Shown: positions 1-7,636 of the stretch, in pieces
How the letters are laid out: the number at the start of each line of letters is the position of its first letter
Position numbering within the stretch: position 1 is the stretch's first letter
From: an uncultured Bacteriovoracaceae bacterium
Lineage (GTDB): Bacteria > Bdellovibrionota > Bacteriovoracia > Bacteriovoracales > Bacteriovoracaceae
DNA length: 18,087 nt
Direction: 5' to 3'
Assembly (NCBI GenBank): GCA_964012805.1
Contig: CAXGUD010000064.1
Coordinates: 1 to 18,087 of the forward strand
Made by a program: the position numbers and the translations under genes
Notes under the pieces: generated by a model
What the model saw: the letters and a program-made list of their open reading frames with translations, nothing else
Databases searched by the model: none
Told to the model about the DNA's origin: nothing

Positions 1-1579
1 CTAGCACAAATTTGGCAGAATTTGCATACCTCATAAGGTTTTCAATAATTCCACAGACCTTTTCCGTAGCCTCAGATTGATAATTTATTTTTTTTTGTGT
101 TGGTAAATCTTCCATAACCCACTCTTCTGGCACTATTTCATCTAACTGTTTTTTTAAAGAAACAAGCTGATAAAGTTCCTTATCTAATTTTATTTTAAGG
201 TTTCTAAGCTCTTCTTTAAAAAAGCTTGAATTGTAAGTGTCAGATAAAGGTGAAATAAATTTTTCTAAAATCATTAATGATTCGTTAATGGAGTATTCAA
301 GGAATTTAGATATATTTTCATTCCCTTTTAATAAAAGAACTTCTTTTAAAAAGAAGTAACTTAACTGATCCATTTGGGTCTTTTTGTGAAAAGCCTCTGC
401 CTCTGAAAAGTCTTCAGCGATAATCATTAAGCGCTCAACTATATCATTTGAAGAACATAAGGGAGCATAAGATAATTTTAAAACCTTATCACTATTGGAT
501 TTAGGATTGAAAACTTTAACTCTTTTGGGAAGATTATCTTCTAAGGCCAAAAATTGAATTTTTGTTGTTCCAAAAATGAGGTCCAAGGTTGTTTTAAGTT
601 GAGTTAATTCCTGACTACCTCTTTTTAGACTTGAAAAAAGGAACTCAGAAACTCTTTTTCCTTGAATATCAAGCCCGAATATTTTTTCAGTATGATTAGA
701 GATAGGGCCATGAACTTTATAGTCCTTTTCAATTGAAAAAACTGCGTTTGTCATATTATCTAAATAATCAGTTACTTCTTTAGTCCGCTCCTTAACTTTT
801 TCTTCCAATTGAGAGTTAGATTCCTCTAATTCATAATTCATTTCAATGACTTTTTGAAAGTGAGAATTTGATTCCTCTTTTGATTTTTTCAAACTAAAAA
901 TCATTTCATTCATGGACTTTTCAACGACGGTAAACTCATTTATATCGCCTTTTTTAAACCCCAAATTTAAAACTTCCATATTTTCAAAATTAGTTTGCTT
1001 GGCAAATTCAACCAGTTTTTTAAATGGTTTCATTAACATGATTCTAAAAATAAAAACAAATAACAAAAGAAAAAGAAAGGCCTTAATTAGCTCAACAATT
1101 AGGGTTGATACGACTGCTCCTTTTAAAAAGCGGTTGATCAAATATTTTTGAGATGATACCAGCTTGACATAACCAACGACTTCCTCATTTTTATCAGCGG
1201 ACTCTTCATCTTTGTGCTTTATAAGCTCAGTAACTTCAATAAGAGTTTCCTCATCCGCAATCTCTCCGGACTTAACCATAATCTTTTTTTCGTCATCAAA
1301 TAAAATGACTCTTTCAATTCCTGGTAATGTCGAGACCCCCTCAAGGATTGCAACTTGTTGTTCTTCATCTTCAGAGAACATAGCAACACTTAGTGTTTTC
1401 TCAAAAGACTTTTTATACGCCCTTAACTCCCTTTTTAAAATTTTTATTTGCTCATTGTAAAGTTGATTCCAGTGAAAGCTATGGATAAAAATAGCAACAA
1501 AAATATATATAGAGAAAATCGTAGCGATTAATTTAATTCCTATAGATTTTTTTAAAGGAAAGACTTCTTTCTTTTCCAT
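1..1579 (-). CDS. Membrane sensor protein (2 TM + periplasmic domain + HAMP-like + coiled coil + PAS-like), probable sensor kinase; 3' end lies outside the window
   Basis: Absent from the ORF track because it has no stop in the window. Manual translation from ATG at 1579 is open to base 2: MEKKEVFPLKKSIGIKLIATIFSIYIFVAIFIHSF (TM1)...VELIKAFLFLLLFVFIFRIMLMKPFKKLVEFAK (TM2/HAMP start)...NEFTVVEKSMNEM...LEEKVKERTKEVTDYLDNMTNAVFSIEKD...RYANSAKFVL. The PAS-like segment aligns by eye with the 14794-17523 kinase. Confidence 0.9.
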   Translation of the reverse strand, partial: MEKKEVFPLKKSIGIKLIATIFSIYIFVAIFIHSFHWNQLYNEQIKILKRELRAYKKSFEKTLSVAMFSEDEEQQVAILEGVSTLPGIERVILFDDEKKIMVKSGEIADEETLIEVTELIKHKDEESADKNEEVVGYVKLVSSQKYLINRFLKGAVVSTLIVELIKAFLFLLLFVFIFRIMLMKPFKKLVEFAKQTNFENMEVLNLGFKKGDINEFTVVEKSMNEMIFSLKKSKEESNSHFQKVIEMNYELEESNSQLEEKVKERTKEVTDYLDNMTNAVFSIEKDYKVHGPISNHTEKIFGLDIQGKRVSEFLFSSLKRGSQELTQLKTTLDLIFGTTKIQFLALEDNLPKRVKVFNPKSNSDKVLKLSYAPLCSSNDIVERLMIIAEDFSEAEAFHKKTQMDQLSYFFLKEVLLLKGNENISKFLEYSINESLMILEKFISPLSDTYNSSFFKEELRNLKIKLDKELYQLVSLKKQLDEIVPEEWVMEDLPTQKKINYQSEATEKVCGIIENLMRYANSAKFVL

Positions 1580-1912
1580 TTTTTTCTTTTTAAAAAAAGT
1601 TTAGTTTAATCAATAACTTAATCGGTTTTATGAGATCAACTTGTTAGTTTAATTAAGTTTTTTTTTACTCAAAAAAAGAACATAATTATGAAATTTTAAA
1701 GTCTCTTATGTCACTTTTTTTTAAAAAAAATTAGGTCCATTTAATTTATTTCTTTTTATCATTAATTGAACTAAACCCTTAATTTTTTACAAATAACTTC
1801 CTCACTCTATAAATAAAATTAAAGTTTTTTTACTGACATTTTCACTTAACTAATAAATTACCATTTATATTTCAAATAGTACCTGACGATAGAGATACAC
1901 TAACAGGAACTT

Positions 1913-4681
1913 ATGAAAACAAAAATTATTTTTTTTATTCAGTTATCACTTCTGGTATTTAACTTAGAAGCTACTCCTAGTGTTCCAAGAGCAGTCAATG
2001 GAGTTATTGACCTTTCAAACTATAATTTTGAAACAAGAGAAGCGGTTAAACTTTCTGGAGATTGGCGGTTTTTTTGGAAAAAATTTATAAATCCCTCATT
2101 ATCGGATAAGGAAAAAATTTTTAATGAAGGTGAGAATATTCAAGTACCAGGAAGTTGGACACAGTTAAAAAAAACAAAAAAGAAAACTCAAGGTTACGCC
2201 ACGTATATTTTAAAACTGAAGGGTATCAAAAAGGGAGAAGAGTTAGGAATCATAGCGGGAAGGATTTTTTCTAATTATAATCTTTTTTTAATTCAGAATA
2301 AAAAAGTAAAAAAAATATTCAGCTCTGGAATAACAGGCCCATCAAAAAAGAGCTCAACACCGCAATTACTCAAAGGAAAGAATTCATTTACTTCCGAAGG
2401 AAATGATATTTTGCTTGTCCTTCATGTTTCCAACTATCATTACAGAGAAGGTAAAGTTTTTTTAGATTTTAAAATTGGGAAAAAAGAAAAGGTTTTTAGA
2501 GAATTCTCTAAAACTGAATACCGAAAATATTTCTATGTGGGGTGGCTCTTTATTCTCTGCTTATACCACATTTCAATTTTTATCAAAAGGCCTAAAAATA
2601 AAGAACCTCTTTACTTCAGTCTTTTTTGTGGTTTTATTTTAATTAGACAAGTGACCGTGGCACATGACTTTTTTTGGATTTATGGTGTCCCTTCAACATT
2701 TTTATTTGAGCTTAATGCCAAGTTAGACTACTTTACATTAATTTATTCATTTCCGGTATTTGTTAGTTTTGTCTATTCACTTTATCCCTCAAAAATGATG
2801 ACTTTCCACAAATATATTTACCTTCCACCCATCTTATTTACTCCTATAATTGTCTTCTTTCCTGCGGAAGTTTTTTCCAAAACTTATTTTTTAATCACCG
2901 CTCAACTTTTTGTTCTAATAGGTTGTTCTATCCTTTTTATTTTAACTTTTCTTTTGGCCTACAAGAAGGAACGCTTCGCAAGACTTTTATTTATAAGCAT
3001 GAACTTTCTCATTTTTGGAGCCGTTTATGACATTTTAATCCAACAAGGTTACCTTCCGGCCCCTCAAATTTTGACACCAATGCTTGTGCTCTTTTCTTTT
3101 GCTCAAAGTTATATTATTGCAGTCAACTTTTCCACTGCTTTTGATAAATCTGAAAAACTAAGTGAAGAATTGTTTAACCTCAACAAGGACCTCGATTTAA
3201 AAGTCCAAAAAAGAACCGCCCAACTTAAAAAAGTTCAGGAAGAAAGGTCCCTTTTCTTCTCAAAATTAAGTCATGAATTAAAAACACCTCTTAATGTTAT
3301 TTTAGGCTTTTCAAACTTCATTATAGATTCAATGAATAAAGCCTATCTAGAAAAAAATCGAAAAAAATATTTGGAGTACTTGGATTCAATTAGATCTAGT
3401 GGTAAGTCTCTTTTAAGCTTAGTTAATGAAATTCATGATTTCACAAAATTGGACCTTTCCAGACTGCAAATTTTTAAAAAACCAATGGATTTGAACTTTT
3501 CTTTAAAGAATATCTCTAACTTTTACTTTCACAAATGCCAAGAAAAAGGAATCGTCTACTCCTCAGCACAAAAGACTTTAGATAATTTAATACACTTTGA
3601 TGAATTGAGGCTTAAACAAATTCTTGATAATTTTTTAACGAATGGGTTAAAGTTTACCTCGAAAGGGTCTCTTGAACTATCTTTTGACTATAAATATTCT
3701 GATAAAAGCCAGCAATTTATTGATATACACTTCAGGATTAAAGACACAGGTATCGGTATAAAGGAAGAAAAAATTCCTAACCTATTTGAAACATTTTCAC
3801 AAACACACGAGCTTACAACTTTTGAAGAGAGAGGGACAGGGTTAGGCCTTCATATTAGCAAAAAAATAATTGAAGTCTTAGGCGGCAGCGTAGAAGTCCA
3901 AAGCGTTTTTGGTAAAGGGACTCAATTTGATATATATTTTCCTAGAGTTAAAATAGTAATAGAAAAAAATTTGGATTATGACTTAACAGATGACTATACC
4001 TTTTTTGGTGATAAGATTCTTATCGCAGACGACTTCCCCGCAAACCTGTCCTTACTAGAAACTCTTTTTACTGATGCTAACTTAAAAATCGTTACGGCAA
4101 AAAATGGTGAAGAACTCTATGAAAAGGCGATTAAGCATCAACCATCGCTTATCATAACCGACTTCAGCATGCCTAAAGGTGATGGGTTGACAATTAAAAA
4201 TCATCTAAAGAAAAACGATAAGACAAAAGATATCCCTATAATCCTTTTAACGGCTTTTAACATCGATACGAAAACACGAAAAGAGTTTGATGCTGTCCTT
4301 TTCAAGCCTGTAGAAAAAAGCGACATTTTTGAAATTTGCTCTAGATTTTTAAGAAATAAGTCACATAAGAACATCGAAACCGACAAAGAAACCTTTAACT
4401 CCTCTAATTTTTACATTCCTGAAAATTGTGGAAAAATCGAATTTATTTATCTTCAGGATATTAAAAGACACTTTCAAAACTATTTAGAATTACAAAATAT
4501 AACCGACCTTGAGACATATTGTATAAAGCTGGAAGAAAAACTAGCGGATACAAAACTAAAAAACCTAACTCCATGGTTAGAACAGGTCCTAGTTGAGACT
4601 GAGAAGTTTAATATGGAACAAATAAAGGTCAATTTAAAAGAGGCCATCATAGAAATAAACAAGTACTTGGAAGAAAAATAA
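1913..4681 (+). CDS. Hybrid sensor histidine kinase/response regulator with 7TM-DISM-type input (extracellular domain + 7TM + HisKA + HATPase + REC)
   Basis: Signal peptide. Extracellular motifs LSGDWRFFW, VPGSW, GYATY. About 7 hydrophobic helices. H-box SHELKTPLNVILGF, N-box QILDNFLTNGLKFT, G1 DTGIGI, G2 GTGLGL. Receiver ILIADD...IITDFSMP...LLTA...FKP. AGGA RBS before the ATG. Confidence 0.93.
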   Translation: MKTKIIFFIQLSLLVFNLEATPSVPRAVNGVIDLSNYNFETREAVKLSGDWRFFWKKFINPSLSDKEKIFNEGENIQVPGSWTQLKKTKKKTQGYATYILKLKGIKKGEELGIIAGRIFSNYNLFLIQNKKVKKIFSSGITGPSKKSSTPQLLKGKNSFTSEGNDILLVLHVSNYHYREGKVFLDFKIGKKEKVFREFSKTEYRKYFYVGWLFILCLYHISIFIKRPKNKEPLYFSLFCGFILIRQVTVAHDFFWIYGVPSTFLFELNAKLDYFTLIYSFPVFVSFVYSLYPSKMMTFHKYIYLPPILFTPIIVFFPAEVFSKTYFLITAQLFVLIGCSILFILTFLLAYKKERFARLLFISMNFLIFGAVYDILIQQGYLPAPQILTPMLVLFSFAQSYIIAVNFSTAFDKSEKLSEELFNLNKDLDLKVQKRTAQLKKVQEERSLFFSKLSHELKTPLNVILGFSNFIIDSMNKAYLEKNRKKYLEYLDSIRSSGKSLLSLVNEIHDFTKLDLSRLQIFKKPMDLNFSLKNISNFYFHKCQEKGIVYSSAQKTLDNLIHFDELRLKQILDNFLTNGLKFTSKGSLELSFDYKYSDKSQQFIDIHFRIKDTGIGIKEEKIPNLFETFSQTHELTTFEERGTGLGLHISKKIIEVLGGSVEVQSVFGKGTQFDIYFPRVKIVIEKNLDYDLTDDYTFFGDKILIADDFPANLSLLETLFTDANLKIVTAKNGEELYEKAIKHQPSLIITDFSMPKGDGLTIKNHLKKNDKTKDIPIILLTAFNIDTKTRKEFDAVLFKPVEKSDIFEICSRFLRNKSHKNIETDKETFNSSNFYIPENCGKIEFIYLQDIKRHFQNYLELQNITDLETYCIKLEEKLADTKLKNLTPWLEQVLVETEKFNMEQIKVNLKEAIIEINKYLEEK

Positions 4682-4739
4682 ATTAACTAATATTGACCTT
4701 CATTAAAAAAAAATTGTCCCTTACTCTAGTTGAAAAACC

Positions 4740-5474
4740 TTATTCTTTGACAAAATTAGAAATAATTTTATTGTAAGATCCTTCTTTTTTAATTTGTATT
4801 AGGGCAGTGTTAAATCTTTTAATAACATTTGTTTTTTTCATAGATTTATGAAAGGCAATATAGGCTGCGTTTCTAGCAACTGGGGTATTTTTTTCTTTTA
4901 CCCTCGCTGCCCATTTCTTTTTTTCAAGAATCATTTTTGCTGAAACACTGTCCATCACAACCCCATCAACTCTTTCTTTTAGTAATAAGGTAAAACTTTG
5001 CTCTCCATTACTAGTTTCTATGACCCTAAAAGTCTTTTTATTTTTCTCTTTATCAAATTCAGTTCCATAGCTCCAGCCTCTCATTAAGGCCAAAACTTTA
5101 CCCTTTAAGTCTTTCAATGATTTAAACTCAAATGTTGAAGGCTTTTTAACAAAAAGAAGAAGCTCCTCTTGGTATATAGGACTTGAATAATCAAAAATCT
5201 TCATTCTTTCTGCATTTTTATAAATTCCGCCAACTCCCCATTTCCCTTTTTTTGCAAGCCGTATAACTCTGGCCCAGGGCTTGGGTTCTAGTGTAACGTT
5301 GACTTCCATTTTCTGAAAAATTTCATCCAAAAGCCTGGCATAAAGCCCTTGAATCTTTCCTTTGCTTTCATACATATAAGGAGGGTATGCGGCATCTAAA
5401 GCAATAACTTCGTTTGCATAAGAACTATAGGATAACAAAAAAAAGAAAGCCAAAATTAACCGAAGTTTAGTCAT
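4740..5474 (-). CDS. Family-3 (polar amino acid type) periplasmic substrate-binding protein
   Basis: Signal peptide ending SYA. Motifs AYPPY, PWARVI, YKNAER...FDYS, SLKDLKGK, RGWSYG, RVDG are typical of SBP_bac_3. Strong RBS AGGAGGAGG. No adjacent permease or ATPase gene. Confidence 0.88.
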   Translation of the reverse strand: MTKLRLILAFFFLLSYSSYANEVIALDAAYPPYMYESKGKIQGLYARLLDEIFQKMEVNVTLEPKPWARVIRLAKKGKWGVGGIYKNAERMKIFDYSSPIYQEELLLFVKKPSTFEFKSLKDLKGKVLALMRGWSYGTEFDKEKNKKTFRVIETSNGEQSFTLLLKERVDGVVMDSVSAKMILEKKKWAARVKEKNTPVARNAAYIAFHKSMKKTNVIKRFNTALIQIKKEGSYNKIISNFVKE

Positions 5475-5581
5475 ACCTCCTCCTTTTAATTATGCTTATT
5501 ATAACCCATAGTTTTTCTTAAATTGAAGCTTTGAAATTTTTCCAATTTTTTAGACTCTTAAAGTCAGGTAACGAAATTCAT

Positions 5582-5615
5582 AAAAAAAACCCTCACCTAA
5601 AAAAAGTGGTGAGGG
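5582..5615 (-). terminator. Rho-independent terminator of the 5646-6515 gene
   Basis: 8-bp stem CCCTCACC (5590-5597)/GGTGAGGG (5608-5615), followed on the minus strand by 8 U, 30 nt past the stop codon. Confidence 0.8.
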
Positions 5616-5645
5616 CATTATTTTTCAAGAATTATAAAAAGCTAC

Positions 5646-6515
5646 TTATGGAAAAGAGAAACCTTTCTTAAAGTGGTGAGTGATAGTATAGATAACAACA
5701 AAGCCATCGGACCTTTTCCCCTCGGATAAGGTTTCAGTCCAGTTTCCGTCCACAGAATCCATCTCTCCGTTATCAGCAGTAAACATTCCACCGAAAGCCG
5801 TGTAGCCAAAGTCCAAACCAAAAAGCTTAAAGCCACTGCTTACACCAGCTGCCATAGTTGTCGATTTACTTCCTGACGTTTTCATTTCAGTTGAGTCATA
5901 GATAGCTGCAATCGAATAGCTATCATTTAATTTGTAAAAAAGGGCCCCAAACATGGTGTTTCTGGTATCCTCTGCACCAGTTCCATAAATATTGTAACTC
6001 CACTCAAGCATTTCTTTAGTTGCATCACCTTCATTTTTCATCTTTTGGGACTCATAACTAAAGTAGCCGTTTAAACCATCGACTAATTTTCCAAGAGGAA
6101 TTATCGAACCTACACTCCAAAACATACCAGAGTAACTTGACCCAGTATCAACTTTAGTTGCATCGTACTTTTCATTGATTCCTTCCTCCACAACGCTAGT
6201 AGATGACTGGCCAACACTAATCTTTAAAACGGAAACTGGATGAATATCGAGCCTTAACTTATATCTTGTATTAAAAGCAAAAGAATAATCAACGCCTGCT
6301 CTAACATAACCATACATTGGATCTTTATCTTTCGCCCCTGGTTCAGGAACCTTTCCCCATAAACCCAAGCTGTAACCAGCGCTTAGGTTTGCTGATGGTA
6401 AACCGCTTCTTCCTGAAAACTTTATTGAAGCATCTGCAGCACTCTTAGCATAAATAGAGGGAGAGGCCATGGCCCCTAGCAAACACAAAGTTAACAATTT
6501 CTTTTTTAGATTCAT
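5646..6515 (-). CDS. Exported hypothetical protein, probable outer-membrane beta-barrel
   Basis: Start moved from 6569 to ATG 6515 (AAGGA RBS; MNLKKKLLTLCLLGAMASPSIYA signal peptide). Gly/aromatic-rich alternating strands (LSAGYSLG, GYVRAGVDY, GYFSYES, FGYTAFGG, VIYTITHHF). No family recognised. Confidence 0.7.
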   Translation of the reverse strand: MNLKKKLLTLCLLGAMASPSIYAKSAADASIKFSGRSGLPSANLSAGYSLGLWGKVPEPGAKDKDPMYGYVRAGVDYSFAFNTRYKLRLDIHPVSVLKISVGQSSTSVVEEGINEKYDATKVDTGSSYSGMFWSVGSIIPLGKLVDGLNGYFSYESQKMKNEGDATKEMLEWSYNIYGTGAEDTRNTMFGALFYKLNDSYSIAAIYDSTEMKTSGSKSTTMAAGVSSGFKLFGLDFGYTAFGGMFTADNGEMDSVDGNWTETLSEGKRSDGFVVIYTITHHFKKGFSFP

Positions 6516-6667
6516 AAAACAGTCCTTTTGTTTGTTATAACTAAGATCATTTACTTTTCTTAGAATCAACAGTTTTCATTTCGTCCCATAAACCTTTTTT
6601 CTTAACCTTAAATTCACTGAAATATTTTGATTTAGGCCTCTCTTTATTACTTGAGTACTTTGCTCGC

Positions 6668-6825
6668 CTCCTTTTTCCGTAACCAAAAAGGAGCAACTGC
6701 CTGATTAGGCAAAAAAAACTCTATTTTATGAGAGTTCATGAGGATAGGATGTGGTTCAGGAGCAGGATAGGTTTCCTCTCTCAGCTAGAAAAGGGAAATG
6801 GGGGAAAACCTCCCCCATTTTTTTT
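6668..6825 (+). ncRNA. Candidate structured small RNA with clustered AGGA motifs (tentative)
   Basis: Three hairpins, four AGGA motifs in 6741-6767, and a terminal hairpin followed by a + strand U-tract, with no + strand CDS present. Confidence 0.3.
6796..6825. terminator. Rho-independent terminator, possibly bidirectional
   Basis: AAATGGGGGA (6796-6805)/TCCCCCATTT (6811-6820) stem. T-run 6818-6825 on +; weaker UUUCCCUUUU tail on -. It lies just past the START gene stop at 6836. Confidence 0.8.
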
Positions 6826-6835
6826 ATCTTTGTGA

Positions 6836-7498
6836 TTAAGGCATGCTTACGTTTTGACCGCTGTACTTAGAAGCTTGCTTCTCTAAACGGTTAAGAGTAT
6901 TAACCGGCCAGCTTTTATAAATAATATTTGAAAACCAGTTTGGAATAAGACCTTTAGGGTCAATTCTGACTGAAACTGTTACCTCTGTCTTATTGTCTTC
7001 AAGATACTTCAGGTTATAAATGGCAAAAAGCAGATCCATTCTAACGCCAACACTATCTGCAGCCGGCTTTTTCCCATGGGTTGTCGACTTAAGAGTAACG
7101 ATAAGGTTTTTACCATCCCTTTCCGTTTGTGTTTTGACTACCTGGTCCCTATTAGTAATAGGCCACGGTGTATCGTACGCTTGATATGTTACACTTGAAT
7201 GAGGAACACCTAAACTTTTGGCATCCTCAAGGGGTTCTGAAATATAAAGTCTGTCTACCCACTCTTTCCTAAAATTAGGGTCTTTCTGACTAAGAACCCA
7301 ATAGATTTGTTTAATGCTCTTATTAAACACTTTTGTCCCACGGAAGGCCTTAAGAGACTCTCCAGCATAAGTCTTTGTAAAAAGGTTAACCCCTTTTTTC
7401 CCTCCAGCTGCGTCCCAGCCGTCTGAAGCCAAGCCTAGCTGGGAAAAGCTCAGTAAAAAAGCGATCAATAAAGTAACAAAGCCCTTTGTGATTCTCAT
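6836..7498 (-). CDS. Secreted START/SRPBCC-domain lipid-binding protein
   Basis: Signal peptide. START hallmarks: W..., PWPITNRD, and DPKGLIPNW before the C-terminal helix. AAGGA RBS. Confidence 0.85.
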   Translation of the reverse strand: MRITKGFVTLLIAFLLSFSQLGLASDGWDAAGGKKGVNLFTKTYAGESLKAFRGTKVFNKSIKQIYWVLSQKDPNFRKEWVDRLYISEPLEDAKSLGVPHSSVTYQAYDTPWPITNRDQVVKTQTERDGKNLIVTLKSTTHGKKPAADSVGVRMDLLFAIYNLKYLEDNKTEVTVSVRIDPKGLIPNWFSNIIYKSWPVNTLNRLEKQASKYSGQNVSMP

Positions 7499-7636
7499 TA
7501 AAAATCCTTTTGTTAAAAGTTTGCTTTTAATTTTATTTTAAATCTTATTAAAAATCCTGATTCTTTTAATTGGAATATTGAAACACTTATTGAAAAAGAA
7601 GAAAAGCTTTTCTTGCTTAATAAAAGTTAAAAAAAT

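Noticed and set aside
88..96. T9 tract in gene 1 as a slippage or frameshift site
   Set aside because: The reading frame stays open across it, and A/T homopolymers are common throughout this AT-rich window.
912..1460. Track ORFs 912-1151 and 1212-1460 (+)
   Set aside because: Antisense shadows of the long minus-strand sensor gene 1-1579; no motifs recognised.
6738..6770. Micro-ORF MRIGCGSGAG on +
   Set aside because: No clear RBS at suitable spacing. It is likely a by-product of the GGA-rich sequence.
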